A stretch of DNA of 64,000 bases. It comes from Daphnia carinata. Lineage: Eukaryota. The stretch is from contig NC_081331.1 in NCBI RefSeq assembly GCF_022539665.2, positions 4,526,001 to 4,590,000 on the forward strand. The letters run 5' to 3'. Below the pieces are notes generated by a model, which saw nothing but the letters and a program-made list of their open reading frames with translations, was not told the origin of the DNA and did no database searches. Made by a program: the position numbers and the translations under genes. How positions within the stretch are numbered: the stretch's first letter is position 1; every line of letters starts with the position of its first letter. This document shows, piece by piece, positions 32,301 to 47,300 of the stretch.

Positions 32301-35300
32301 AATTTCAGTTGGTAGGTGTAGGTTTCTGTAAGAATCCAAGAAAATGTTACTACAAATGCACCACAAAAAATAAACTTGAACGTGACTTACTGCTGCAGCT
32401 TTCGAAGGGATCGGAGCGACTGTATCCAGGACGGCACATACATTCGTGTTGGCCGTTGGCGTAGACGCAAACCTCTGATTTTTCTTTACTGCAACGGCCA
32501 CGACAGCCATCTTCAATGGACGAAGGTTGGTTGACGCTGAAAGATCCACCGAATCCGCCCAAAACGGCCTTGTTGCCAGTGTTGTCCATGATGACATCCT
32601 TGGCCATTGGGGGTTCTACCTCTGCAGCAGGTGTCGTAGATGTTGTTCTAGATTTAGTGGTACTTGTGCTGCTGCTACTGCTGATGGCCTGTGGCCGCAA
32701 CGGAGGATTCGTTGGAGGAACAAACGGAGAGTTGGGTGGGAACGTTAAAGCTGGTTCAGTAATCTTTTCTTCTTCTTCTTCTTCTTCTTCTTCTTCTTCG
32801 ATGGCCGGTGTGACTGGACTGGCCGCAACGGTAGGCATCGTTGTTGGTTCAACGTAGGTGATAGTTGTAGATTTCTGAATGATGGTAGAGAACGCAGTCC
32901 GGCCGTCAGCTTCCACACGGGAAACTACAGTCGTGAAATCTGGACTGCCAGGACCCATCACGACAGACGTGACACCGAAAAGTTCTTTGCGTTCAGGTGT
33001 GTCCGAATCGTAGTGGACAAGAGGCCATCTGGTTGGAATTGTCGGGGATTCGGATGGTGCGTTCTGGAAGACGGAAGGCATAATCTCAGTGGAAGGACTG
33101 TCGGAGAAGATGTTCAACGTTGGTGTGTGATCAACTTCGCCGCTTTCTGAACCGAACGCGAATTCGTGAACAACTGGCGTCACTGACGTGGACGAAGCTT
33201 CGGCAACAGGTGGCAAATCTGCTGATGCGGAAGGAACCAATCCAGGTTGCAAAATGCCAGCTCCTCCCTCGATATTGCCTCCAGCTGGCGCTGGAGATGG
33301 TACCAAGCCAGGCTGCAAGATGGTGCCAACTCCTTCCAAACTGGTGGGCGCTGTGGAAGAAGCCAAGCCGGCGTCTTGCATGCTGCTCACTTCTTTCACG
33401 TTGCTGGTCGATGTGGAAGGCGTCAAACCAGGATGCAAGATGCTGCCCATTCCTTCTAAATTGCCTCCTGATTCCGGTACATCAGTAGGCATCACGCTGA
33501 AGCTTTCAACGGCAGATGGCTTAATGCCTGATGGAACAATGGACGGCCAAGCTGCAGTGCTAGGAATGTTAAAAACGGGGGTAGGATCGTTGGGCAAGAG
33601 CACAGTTGTTTGTCCGCCACTGACGATGTTGGTAGCCACGATTTTGTTCTCACCGACGACAGATGCAATGGTTTGCACAGCCGGAATCTACATGCAAATT
33701 CCAGTTAAGTACATTCTAATGCTGATCATTTAAATAAAATATTAAAAACCTGGATAGGTGGTGGGCGAACTGGAAGCAGTGGAACGTTAATATCTTCACG
33801 TCTGGGAGGCTGCTGTTGCTCAGGTCGAATGACGGATGGAATGATTGGAGCAGGAGCAGGAACAGGTCGGATAAAGACTTGTCCAACAGCGCCTGGTGGA
33901 GGCTCTTCACCTTCTGGAACACCAACAATCCTCACCGGTTTACCATCGGGGCCGGGAACGATCGATCCAGGACCAATGACATCAACTGGGGGTTGAGGGA
34001 TAGGACCAGGTGGTGGTGGAGGTGGAGATGCGGGTGGTGGTGGTATGACAGAGCCGGGCAAAGGTGGTACGTTAATCTGTTGTCCATTGGCAGCAAAGAA
34101 CTGGCCGTTAGCTGGACGGCTCGATTGTTGGATGGGTCGGCTGGGTTCGATTTGAACACGGTCAATGTTATTTTGACCGTTGACAAATGGTGGTGGAGGT
34201 GGGCGTACACCTGGAACAGCTGTTGCTAATCCAGCTGTGCGCGTAGCCGGAAGAATGCTCTTTGGCTGATTGGGCATGCCGGTGAATCCCGTCTGCAAAG
34301 GTGGAGCGCTAAAGCTAATTGGCGCCGGGGGTGGAATGGGCTGCTGACCGGGCTGACTTATTCCAAACTGTTGGCCAGCATTGGAACCAGGTCGGAGAAG
34401 AGGGGAACCGGGCACACCAGGTTGAAGTGGCACACCAGGCTCAGGGCGACGGAGAACAGTGGGTGGCCTTTGCGGTTGGTTGGGCGTCAACTGCTGCGGT
34501 GGCTGCTGACCCACGTTTCTCAATGGAATGACGTTAGGCGGGCGACGGCCTTGCACGTCAGGATTCTGCTGTAACGTCTCAACACCTGCTAATCCACCGA
34601 TAGGGATGAACAAAGGTTCATGTGAGGGTACATGAGGTTTACTGGATGGGATTGTGTTAGACAGTTGTTGTTGTTGGTTAAGCGAGGTTAAATGGGTATG
34701 GGTAGCCGAGTCGGAGCGATCCGTGCTATTGCGTCTGGAGGCGATCAGTCCGTTGGAGAGAACGCCCGTCATGGCATCAAACATCGGACCCAGGTTAATA
34801 TTGAGACCACCAGGATTATTGTTTGCGAAACTTTGACCCAACGCCGTTAGTCCTAGTGTACCAAGACCGCCCAAGATGGATGCCAATGTACCTCCGCTCA
34901 ATCCGCCAATGATGCCAGATGATGAAGACGACGATGATGAAGACGATGTCGACGACGGTTGGGTGCCGAGGATCTCGGTCGGGATGATCAAAACCTCACC
35001 TGCCGTGTTGGTCACCATGATGACTGTTTCCGGCGAAGCTCCATCTAATTCCGGCGGTGACAAACTGATAAAAGGTGGTTCGAATCCGTCCTCATTGGTA
35101 GGGTCGGTGGTTATCTCAGTCACTTCAGGATCGGTGCTCGAATCGATCGTCTCAAATGGCGAATCAGTCGGTGTGACGGACGGCTTGTTGGACAAGAAAG
35201 ATTCTTTCAACGAGCTTAAATGTTCCGGACTCAAAATCAAGCTGGGCTGAACAGCAGACGATTGCTGGCCAGCAAGGAAAGACAGTTTCAAAGATTGAAG

Positions 35301-38300
35301 CTGCTCTGGTGTCAGGATCTGGCCGGATCCGGAAGGTACAGGAGTCACCTGAATATCGGCCAGCGCGGGAATGGAAGGCTCGATGAGAGCTTCCGACGGG
35401 ATGGAATCCAGCGGAACCACATCGGTTGTAACTTGCGGAACGACCAAACGTTTTGATGAGATGTCACCAGCCGAATTCGTGATGTAATAAGTGGCCGTAG
35501 CGAACAGAGTCCTCAACTTTCCGTAGAGATTGGGACCGAGCTGGACGTAAGTCGGGCGAGTCTTCAGATCTGCTGGAACCTTGGTGGAGGTATCCTGTTG
35601 GGCGAAAAGCGAAGCTCGATTTCCGTCGATAGTTTCCGTGACGACTGAAGATCGCACTTCTTTGCGGGACTGGACGATGGTCCTGGTGCCTTGCTGGAGA
35701 GTGGTAAAATGAGTTTTGGTGGTGAAGTAAGTTTTAGTGGCCACAAGCGGTCCGTCTCCTCCAAAATCATCTTCGGTTGGCATGATTTGAGAACCTTCGA
35801 GAACTGGAGTCGGTTCAAAATCACGGATGGTCTCGACCACTATCTCCGGCCGGACTGTGGTAACACGATGGACGGTAGATGTCGTGCCATCGATTTGAGT
35901 GGACAGCAACGTCAACGTGTTGAGGTATGTTTTAGTGACTTCCATAAACGTGGCGACGGGCGTCGGTAAGACCTTCAAACGCGGGGCTTCCGTCACGACC
36001 ACTTGGGTCACAACTTCCTTGGACGTGGCGATGGCATCCCTGTCGAGTTTGCTGGAAAAGATGTAGGTCCTCAAATACGTGGCCGTTTCCAGGGTGCGTT
36101 CAGTAGCTTCAGGCTGGCCAGCTGGAACAGTGATGACGTTGGAAACAGTTTCTTGGGACGTCAAGACAACGGGCCTCTTCTGATCGAGGAAGGTGTTGAA
36201 GTAGGTGTAGGTGGTCATGTGGGTAAAAGTGTTGTAATTGGAAGAGCCGGGCTGGCCAGTAGTAACAGTAGCTGTTGGTTTGACTACAGTCTCTTTGCGT
36301 CCCTTCTCTTGCGTTACAAAGTTGGTGATGATCTCCTCCCGGCTGCTGACCAATTTCGAAGCGCCATCAAACAGCGTTGTCAAATAGGTGAAGGTCGTCA
36401 TTTGGGTAAGCGTTTGAAATCGTGCTGGATCCGACTGAATAGAAGAGAAGAGGCGGACATTTTCCACTTGACCTGCCAACGTAACTTGATTAACAAGCGT
36501 GCTAGCCGCAAGTGTAATTGGCGGGCTCGGCTCGATGACCGTCTGGCTCTTTTGAACGACGTTCTGCGCCAATAGCGTCGGTTTCTTCTCACCTGGATAA
36601 CGAAAGTGAATTAATGAATGCAATTGCACAGTTTTTCAATGCGTAGTACTTTCACTAGTAGAAATTATAAGATATCAAGACTGCGTACTGGCAACGATGA
36701 CTTCGACTCCATTGCTCATTATTTTCGTGGCGAAATTCGGGTTTCGGTTGCTGCTCCCAGCGCCCACATTAAGGCGGCCGCCCCGAACTTCTTCGATACC
36801 GTCATCGCGAATCAGCTGCTCGCGTCCGTCTCTGGCAGGAATAGCCCGAGCTGTCGGAACTGGTGGCAAATAAAACAACACATTTTTGAAATAATTCCAG
36901 GTTAAATAGAAAACAACTTACCAAGATTCTCCAAAGCGTCGAGGGATGCTTGGACATCAACGACTGGAAAAACGTCGTAAAAAATAATAATAAATAAAAC
37001 GGTAGAAAACGAGAAAAGAATGTCAATCTGCTGTTGAGTGAAAACTAATAACAGGTCGCGCGAAAGAAAGTTTTTGGTTACAAAAAAAAATTGTACAAAA
37101 GCGAATGAAAGTCGTCGACATGTTTACGTTCTTCAAAGAGAAAGTTGGCGAGAAGAATTTAATCATGTGAAATATTTCGGACGAGACAGTCGGCATCAAG
37201 AAGTAGGCTATGTTTGGAAAGGAAAGTGAAGGGCGATGCGTACGAAAAACGTAACAACAAAAGCATTCAAACAAATTGGCTGTTTCAGCGCCATTACGAA
37301 CCGTTGATTTATTATGTGACTCTTCTTATTTTTTTGAAATTGTTAAGTAATAAACAAAAAAGACTCATTTACCTGATGTCGGCTCGATTTGAACAACGGT
37401 CTTGGTTACCAGTTCGGGCAGGACTTCCAGTCGAGTGGTGACCTCCTCTTCGGTCCCGCTCTTTCGTGTCACGACAGCCGTGAAAGTTTTCAATTGAGTC
37501 TCGACGACTGTAACGAGATTGCCACCGCGAAGCAACAGGTCCGACAGGTTGGGTACCTCCGTAGTGTCCACGTTGGATTCCGTCGTAGGCTCGGATGTAT
37601 CTTCGATGGTCGATTCGATGGTACCAGTCGATGGTAAGAGGCCGATGGCGACCGATGCTCGAATGGGCAATGTCAAACGGGCCGTTGGATTGAAATTATG
37701 CGGCTTGTTTCGTGACATGGGCAACACAGTTGGTTGAACCACTGGTTTGAATACGTCAGGAGATGCTGTCAATAATGACAATTCAGCGTCGAACAAGGTC
37801 GTCAATGACGACGTGATCAGCGTGAGAGGGATGCCACTTCGACCTCCATCAACGGCCAATGTGGACAGCGTTTGGAATTGTTCCCATACAACGGTGGACG
37901 TTGTGAACGTCGGGATGACGCTAGATTTCGAGTGGGAACGTGAACGGAACGGATTGGACGAACCGGGCTCATTAGTCTTTAGAACGCTGGAACTGGCTCT
38001 CAAGCCGGACCGCGAATTGGCCAAAATGCTGCTCAAATGACTCTGAAGTGGGTTCAGCAACTTGCGCGAAATGGTCGTCCGGCGTGTCGGTGTCACGCCA
38101 ATCAATTTCGTGCTGCTACTCGTTTCGCTGACAGTTGTGCTAGCCACGGTGGTCACGGATATCTTTGTCTTGACGGCCGGTGTAGCTGTTTCAACGGCGT
38201 TCACATTAACGAGTGGCAGCGGCTCATTAGTATCCACAAAGTCATCGTATTCCGGTTCTTGTCCATCGAGCAACGGTAGTTCATCTTCGTGATGATCGTA

Positions 38301-41300
38301 AAAATAATCTTCATCGGCTGGTGGGTCCTCTGTGAATCCAGGGTCGTCATAGAAGACTTCATCTTCAAAAGGCTGAATCGGTTCTTCTTCTGGAATGTCA
38401 ACAAAGAGTTCTTGCTCTTCTACCGGTCGGGGACGACCTCGGATGATAGAATTGCGGACAACAGGTTCCGGTTTGCGAATAGGTTCTCGTACGATCGAAT
38501 TCCTCACTGGAACACGCACCGGAGCTCGAACAGGGCCGCGGGTCGGTCCGGATATGATTCGGGGTTGTTGTTGTGGAACTCGAGCTTCGGTATTGACACG
38601 TGATCTAACCGCTGTTGGTATCACATCAAGGCTTTCACCTAAAACCGATGCTGGATTGAAACGGACCGTGCCTCTTCCACGATTGCTGCCTGCAGTTCGG
38701 CTGCTCTTGGTCTCTTCCACAGCAACAGGTTGACGGACAATATTCGTGGCTTCCAGCGCTCTTCCTCTAGTGCGTGTTGTTCCAGATGGAAGTTTCTGCG
38801 TAGGGGTAACATCGTTCACGTCCGATGCGAAGTCATCGAAGGATGGCTCGACACGAGGAGTGGGTACAATAGATACTCTTCGGGGAGGCTGCGTCGTAGG
38901 ACGGACAGGTGTTTCCTCCTTGACTTTGGCTGCGACATCAGAAGCTCGAACGGCTCCTCGGCCGTACTTGACCATCGTCATCGAAGCCAAATTGACCTGA
39001 GTGGTGATGCCGTTGTTGACGCGAGTGCTGAGATCCGCCACGGATTTGCCGCTGCTCAACGGGTACAGTCCGTTGCCATTTTCCGTGCGCTGGAATCCGG
39101 ACGGAATGCGGCCGTCCGATCCGCGGACAATTTCCGAGATGCTGACTTCGCGCGTCGACACTTGACCGCTACTCGGCCCGTTCAAAAGCGTATAGAAATA
39201 GGAATAGACGGTGTAGTAAGTCCGCGGAGCGTAGACGTCGCCGAAAAGGTTGTTGCGCACTGGAGATTCCGTTTCCGGTTCGATCAACGAAGATGAAAGA
39301 GGTGGAGCTTCAGTTTTCGTTTCAGTTTTCGTTTCAGTTTTCGTTTCAGTTTTCGTTTCAGTTCGATTGACAGGCCTCTTTCGGATGACGACGAAAGGTT
39401 TGCCTTCGGCAGTGTTCGATTCTCCTTGATCGATCCGCCGGGCAATCTTCTGATCATCGACGACGCTGGTGGATGAAACGGGACGACGTCGAGTGACGAC
39501 CACCACTTTACGTGCGCGATTATTCGACACGAAATCTTCGCCGATCTTTCGTTCAGAAACAAGATCAGATACTTTGCGAGTGACGGTCCTGCGCCGGAGC
39601 GTTCCGCGTCCACTTGGCAATGGCTCTACTTTGAATTCCTCCAGGTTAGATTCAATAGCTTCCAGCGGTTCTTCATCCGTCCATTCGTAGGACACTTGAC
39701 GAGCTTTGCGTTTGCTGTTTCCTTTAGCCTTCTTGATAACGTCAGCCAAACGTTGGGTCTCTTTAACATCTTCGATGACTTCGGCGTCGATTTCGTTGAT
39801 GGCCGACATGACGTAATAATCGAGATCTAATGGCGAATAATTCTCGGGCAATTCGTAGATTCCCTTGTCTGTTCCGACCAAGAAAGGAAGTTGGGAAGCC
39901 TCCATCGGAAGGATATCAGTAGGATCAATTTGGCGTTTGACTACCGTCGCATCCGCAGCATTGCCATCTAGCGTGATAGTGGACAAAATGGAGCTGAACT
40001 CTCCAGGTCGTCGGCCAGATAAGAAGAGAGTGATCACGCTCGTAACCGGTATCGGTTTAGCTGGAACAATTTCCTCTCTCGGCCGTTCGACGACTTTGAC
40101 TTCCTCGAGCGGCTCGAAAGCGACTTCGTCAAACTCTTCAAACACTTGACTGGAAACGATTTCTTCTTTCTTCTGTTGCGGAACAACAGCGGCTTGCGGA
40201 ACCTGTGTAGCCTGAATGGGCAAAACCTGTGCAGGTTGCAGTTGGGGAGCCAATAGCTGAGCTTGCAGTAATTGATTGCCCAGAAGAGCTGGAAGCAGAT
40301 TAGCCAGGGCATTTCCTGGAGCTTCCGTTGGTCCCGTGACGATCGTCTCCGTACTGAAATCAGTTGCCGTGATGACTGTGCTCAACGAACCGATGATGGT
40401 CGTGAAAATCTCTTGGCCGCGCAACGTGATGGGAATTTTCGTCGTTTTCAATTCCGTCAATGTCGTCACGAACGTGCTCGTGTGCGTGTTGAAACTGGTG
40501 ACGGGTCCGCTTTGTTGCAGACCGCCCAGCAAAAGCTGTTGCAATAAATTGTTGGTCGATGCAAGGGGATCGGATATGGTTGAAACGACCGTCTCTACTT
40601 CGAAAGCTGTGCTGGGCACAACGTGAGAAAAGGAAGTAGGTCTTCCACGGATCGTTGTCGGCGTGAAAGTCACCGTCGTCGTCTCTGTCGGTTTCAACAC
40701 GTATTGCGTAATCAACGTGGTGCCAGGTGTAGGGGTAGCGCTAACTTCGCTCGCTAGATAGCGCCACGTGCCACTCACTCTCATCGTAGAGTATTGATCC
40801 AATACTTCGATGCTCGGCTTGGCGGCCAGCACCGTCCGGAATTCCGTCTTGCCGTTGTTCACAACTGGAATGGTCGTCTCGGTGGGGACCTTGTGCGTCA
40901 CGCTGATTGGCAATGAAAGCGAAGGCGCCGAGCTGGGTAAAACTGGCTCTGGAGAAATGAATTCTTCCTCGTCGAAATCGTTGGCGGGCACGCGATTTCT
41001 AGTGCTCGGTCTACGGTTATTGCCAAACGTGCGACGACCACCTGACGAAGTCCTTTCCGTCGTCGTAGATACCCTCGCTCTCTGCCTGGCTGCCGCAGCA
41101 TTGGTTGTAGGGCGCGCTCTAGAAGACGTAGATGTTCCTGGTCTTCTGTTTTGACTAGTCCTTCCCGCCGTGGATGTCCTGGTCCGCGATCGTGGGGCTG
41201 GCGTAGTCGCTTGATTCCGATTTTGCCTGTTGGCCATGAGACGGTCGCGCAGGGCGGAGGTGCTCGACGATGTTTGGCGAGATTTAGTGACCTTGCGATC

Positions 41301-44300
41301 TTCGACTTCGAACCCATCGTAATCTTGAGCGTCAAGGAGAGCGAGACGTTGTTCATAATCGTAATCCTGATGGACGATCGAGGCGCTAGCGGCGCGTCCG
41401 CGTGTCGTACTGGTCTTTGAGGAAGGTCTGCGATAATGCGCTGGATCGTAGAAGTAGTGATCGAAATCGATTTGCCGTTTGGAACGAGAAGCGAGGGATT
41501 CAGGTGCTTCGACAGTCACTACTTCAACGTTGGATGCAGCTGCAGCTTCAGTCCTGCTGGCCGGCCGAGTTGGTCTCGTAACAGCCGGTCTGGGCTTCTC
41601 AGTGAAAGTCAATTTCGGCGGACGGACGAATCGAGGACGCGACGTGACGCCGGAATCGGATGAAAGGGAGTTAATGGAACTACTCGAGTCGGATGATGGG
41701 CGAGTTGATTCCGTCACGGCCGGATTCACATTACGAGAATTGGCTCTCGAGAATGGAAATTGGCGACGAGATGGAATCAATGGCGACACGGCTGTTGGCT
41801 CGATGGCTGGACTAGCCGGTCTGATCGGAGACGGACGCCGGAAGGAGGAAGTCGCTCGGGCTGTTGTTGATGTCACGGGTTCAGTATTATCATCGGTTGT
41901 AATTTCTTCTTCGATGGCGACTGTCGGTGGAGTCGTTGGCCGTCCGAATCGCGGTGTGCTGGACACGGAGCTAGTCAGACCGCTACTGACGATCGTGCTG
42001 CTCGAAAGGCCGGAAGCGCGGACACCGCTGCTCAAAAGAGACGGCCGACGGGCAGATAATCCGGCCAGACTACTGCGAGGGGAACCGATCGACGGTGCGA
42101 AGCTACTGCTGGAGAATCGACGGCCCGGAAGGCCGGTGGAAGGGGAAGACAAGACCGGAGTCGGACTGATACCTCCGATACTAGACGGAGAACCGGATGA
42201 TCGCAAACGGAAGAACTGGCTGCCGCTTCGCGACGAAGATTCCGTTGTTGAGCTGCTGGAGAAAGCTGAAACGCCGGAAGGCCGGAAACGGCTGCTAAAT
42301 GGAGCTGGACGGCTTACGCTGTTGCTGCCACTAACTGAGGCCGGGCTTGGCGAAATTGGAGAGGAGGTAGTGGTTGTTTCGTCACTGACGGCAGCGCTGG
42401 TGAAAGGCGGGCGCCTCGGCCTGGTGGGCAAAGGAGGTCGCGGCCGCTGGGTGAACGGCCGGATGGCGGGAACGAAAGTGCGGTTGCGGGGAGGCGCCGA
42501 GAGGCGCGTCGTGATGCGCCCACCGTCCACTTTGGAGCTTTCATTGTCCTGTTGTTCTTCAACTCCGCTTTCGGCCGGCGACGGTGACGTGCTAATCGTC
42601 TGGGACGGGCTGACGGGCAGCACGATAGAGCCTTCCAACTCGACTGACGGTGTCACAACCGAAGATGGAAACAAGTCAGTTGCTTCTAAACCTTCCACTC
42701 CGCTCGCAGCAACGATAACTGTCGCCGGAAGCTGAGATGCCGGATTCAGCACTTCGCTGGAACTCTCCAAGATGCGGGCGTATTGACCGTTAATGAACGT
42801 GCCCAGCACGTCAGTCGTGAACACAGTCGTAATGCCATTGTTAACCAACGTGCTGCGGATGGTCGATAGCAATCCAGTTAATGACGGAAGGTTCGTCTTC
42901 TCCGATGCGGCCAGATCGACAATCAATTGACTAACGACGTTCGTCCCGATATTACGGGCCGTGTTATTAGCCACCAGTTCAGCATCAACAGCTGGTGGTG
43001 TAGGTTGGATGTCCATAACCGGAGTGGCAGCGTCATTGAGGCTGTGCACAATCGTAGCCAAAGGAACGGCGATCGTCTCCGATGCCGAAACGTAATTGGT
43101 GACCGTTTCCAGGCTGCTGGTCACAATGGCCGTGTCCGCCTCGAAACTGGTGGCGAAATAGGTGAAGGTGGTGTAGAATGTTGTCAGAGCTGGATCGACT
43201 GTCGGTGTAGGAGTGACGGCGACGACAGCTGTTGGGACGATCGGCTGGACGGTAGAAGCTTCGGAAGCTGTGGGAGTCACGATGTTGGTCACGGTCTCTT
43301 CTCGTGTGTCAATCAACGTTTGGCCATCAACGAACGATGTTGTTTTGTAGGTGAATGTGGTGTAGTAAGTAATGGGGAAGACTGGAACAGTGGCCTCGAT
43401 AACAGCATCCGCTTCCGTCAAAACATTCGTCACCGTCTCTTCACGGCTAACGACGTTGGACGTTCCATCTGTGAAGAAGGTCGTCAAGTACGTGAAAGTC
43501 GTGTACAGCGTTTGCGGGAGTGAAGGTTCCGTTGCTGTTGATGGATCGATGGTCGGTACGTCCTCGATCGGAGATTCGGAAACGATTGGCTCTTCGGGGA
43601 CGATTTCAATCGGGGCTTCAGATGATGAAACGATCGGGGTAGTTTCAACGGGGGTTTCGATCGGTGCGACTGGAACAATTTCCTCCAGGGGTGGTAGCGT
43701 CGGCATTGAATCCGTGGAGCTTATGGGTTCTTCCGATGTCTCGACCGTTACTTCCGCTTGACTAATTTCGGGTTCCTGGGAGACTGGCTCGACGGTAGTG
43801 GGTTCGGGTGTCGATACGACTGGAGTCGAAACGATCACAACCGGAAGGACGGTTTCAATAGACGGTAGAACAGGAAGGATAGTCTGAGCAGTAGAAACGG
43901 ATGTCATTTCTTGACTTCGACGCTCGTCCTGCGCTTTCAGCGATTCCCAGAGTTCTTCATCGATGTCGGTCAGCTGGACAGTGGGGAGTTACAGCGTTCG
44001 TACTAACCACAATACGGCTAGAAACGACCGTTGTTCCGTTGACCAAAGCCGTCGTGAAAAAGGTGAAGGTAGTAAAGAATGTTTTGACAATACCGCCAGC
44101 TAGCGAACTGAAGAGTTGCTTCCTTTTTCCTGCTTCATCATCGACAGTCTCCATCAGCGAAGATTCGATGACACTCGGTTGAATGTCGTCCACCATTTTC
44201 GTATTGACGACCTCAGTTTCCATCATCTTGGTGGCTTCTTGGGGTACAGGTGTCGTGGCTAATGGGCTTTCACCTGTCAGCGTAATCACGCTCGATTCCA

Positions 44301-47300
44301 CTTCCTCACGAGTTATCATTTTGGTGGTCGTGTCATCGAAAAGCGTAGAGAAATACGTGTACGTTTTAAAGACAGTTGTGATGGAAGGACTGGTCTCGTT
44401 GCCCGACTCGCCCAACATCATTTCGATGATATCGTCAGGTTTGATGGTCTCTTCAACGTACTGGACATCGGAGCTGACCACTTCGCGAGAGCTAACTGAA
44501 GTAACAACCTCGTCCCCTTTGGTTTCGGTGAACGTCGTAAAGAACGTGAAGGTGGTGACGCGAGTGACGGGCAATAAACCTTGCGGTGTTTCCGCCAGCG
44601 GGGTGCTAGTTTCAATCGGCTGATTCAGACTGCTTTCCAGCTCAACAGGTTGGGCCTCAACTGCCGGAATCTCAGCAGGTAGCTCAGTGGCGACAACGGA
44701 CACTGGAACGGTAGCTACAATCTCAACGTCTGGTGCTACAACGGGGGCCACAGTATCGACGATGGCGTTGGGTGCTAAAACAGTGGTGATGGTACTTACC
44801 ACGTTGGCCCATTCGCCATCGATGACTGTACCGAAAATGAGCGACGTGTAGACGGTGGTCACTCCGTTGTTGACGAGTGAACCTTCGAAGGAAGAGATGA
44901 GTCCGACGGGTCGGGCTGGCTCTACCGGGCGTGATGGCAATGGGCCCAGGGCAGGGAATTTCGGTCTGATTGGGGGTTTATTTTCGACACGAGGTTCTCG
45001 CTGACCGTCTTGACTAGATGGTTCACTTTCCGTGCTTTGCTCAGTTACGCTTTCTGGAGCAGACGTAAATGTTTCCGGTTCAAATTCTGTTTCTAGGTCT
45101 TCGGCTGGTCTATCAGGGACAGTGGGTTCCACTTGCACGGCCGAAATGACTTCCAGCTTTTCTGATACAGAGTTTTCGGCTTTCACGGCTGGGATAGACT
45201 CCACAGCTACGATATGGACGGCTGGAACAAGATCTTTGTCTTCTGTTTCGAGCTGGACATTGGAAACGGGTTCTGATTCCACGGTTTCGACGACCGAGGG
45301 TTCAACAGTTTCGACATTAACGGCTGAAATAGACTCTGACTGAACAGATTCAGCATCGACAGCTAGGGTGTGCTGTACATCTTCGATGACTGGAACGGGC
45401 CCAGATTGAATACTTTCGATGAAAGCTGGGATTTCATCGTTTACCCCTGTTTCAGTTTTGACGGGTAGGTCAGCTTCCAACTCATCGATTGATGGGGTGA
45501 TCGTTGTCACGTCCACGTTTTCAGTGACAACGTCATCGGTTTCAACGATGTCAGCTTCGATTGGAGAAGATTCAACATTGCGAGACGATGGTAAGGCAGC
45601 CACAAACGTCTCGAGGACGACAACAGGTTTCGTTTGAACAGCAGATTCTGGTAATAAATCACTTCTGGCACGAGATCCCCGTAGATTATTGTCAGGGACC
45701 TCTTCGAAACTAGTGATGATCTTTTTACTTTCATCATCTGTTGGTTTATCTTCATCAAATGCTACGTTGATACCACCGATAGACGATTCAATCACACGTT
45801 CACCAACCAGCGATGTTAGATGGGCAGTTTTGAAAACGATTTTTCCAGATTCATCTTCGTTCGCCAAGCTGCTATCGATGATTACAGTCGGGATGACAAT
45901 GCGACTAACAGGTGACGGCTGAACGTTGCCAATTTGATCAATTGACGGCAACGGTGCGAAAATTTCAGAACTTGTCAATATTTCTTGCACGTAAATTTGA
46001 TCGATAAATGTGCGAACAAATTCAGTTGTTTCGATGGTGGTCGTTTCACCACGAATACGAGTCACCAATGAGCTGGAAACAAGTCCAGTAGGAAGAAGAT
46101 CGACGGGCAGATCTACAGCGAATAAATCAGTAGGAACAGGCGAGAAAATTCGCGATTTGGTGCTCTGAATTTTGGCGTAGGTGCCATCCACCGAGGTGCC
46201 GATAACTTGAGTTGTGTATTCTGTTGTTGTCCCTTCGTTGATGAAAGCTCCCTTGGTCGATGTGATTACACCGAGGGGCCTGGGCCGGATCAGAGGTAAT
46301 TCCGTTTTCAGGAAGAAGGTTGTCGTTTGACCACCATTCACTTCCACCCTCACATCTTCATTTTGTTTTGTTTTGTAGGGTTTTGTTTTTGATTTTACGC
46401 ATCGCGACATCGAGGAGAGAATCATCGAAGAAGAACAAACAAAAAAAGACAGGAGAAAGAAGACAAATGCAAATTAAAAACGATGCATATCAAACAGAAA
46501 AAGTAGGATGAAGATGTTGCATGGAAAGACTTAATTTTTTTTTCCCGGAAAAGAGAAAAAAGAACTATTTGTCGTAGAAGACATATGAAAATATCAGATG
46601 TCCCCCACTCTTGCCGCCCACCCAGTCATCAGAAAGTCCAAGAAGCCAAGTGGCGATTTCTATTGGAAAGTTGTTGCACACGCTCTCTCTGACTTAGCTG
46701 GTTTCCTACTTGGCTCGAGAACAATAGCAATCAATACGAAGAAAGAGAAAAGTAAGAGAGGAAGAGAATCTTTCTGATGGTAATAAAAGAAACCACAGAC
46801 AGGCCGAACAAACCAAACAACAAAATCCAATAACCGGCTCAACTAAAATTTAAAAAAAAAAAAAAAAAAAATGGCCGTAAACGTATTTTTTTGTTGTTGG
46901 ATTCCGCATCTTGTTCGAAAAAGAAACTACGTGTATGGGTACGAACAGCCATCATTTTCGATGCGCTTGTTTGGTTTATTTGGGTGCGCGAGTGTAACAG
47001 GGAGAGAGAAGGAGAGAAAGAAAGCGTGAATCATTAACCATAATTGATGAAAGATTATGCAGAGTATCACAGACAGTCGAAAAGAAGTAGGTACTATGAT
47101 GGATATATTGTGTGGACCATTGGTTTTTTTATAACGCGGTTTCTGTCTTTTTTTTTTTTTTTTTTTCTTTTGTTTGTTTTTTTTTTTGAATTCACAAGTG
47201 CCGAATTATCAAAAGCGATGGCCACACACAACGCGGTGAAAAGAAAAGAAAGTTTTGCGATTTATCCCAAAGAAAAGGAAGACGATTCGACAATAGAAGT

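Noticed and set aside
41479..42735. 418-aa plus-strand ORF and many other plus-strand ORFs across 32.5-46 kb
   Set aside because: Antisense shadows of the GC-richer mucin exons; no recognisable motifs.
46660..46842. Hydrophobic ORF resembling an alternative signal peptide before the giant exon
   Set aside because: No ATG, pyrimidine-rich low-complexity sequence and no strong donor.
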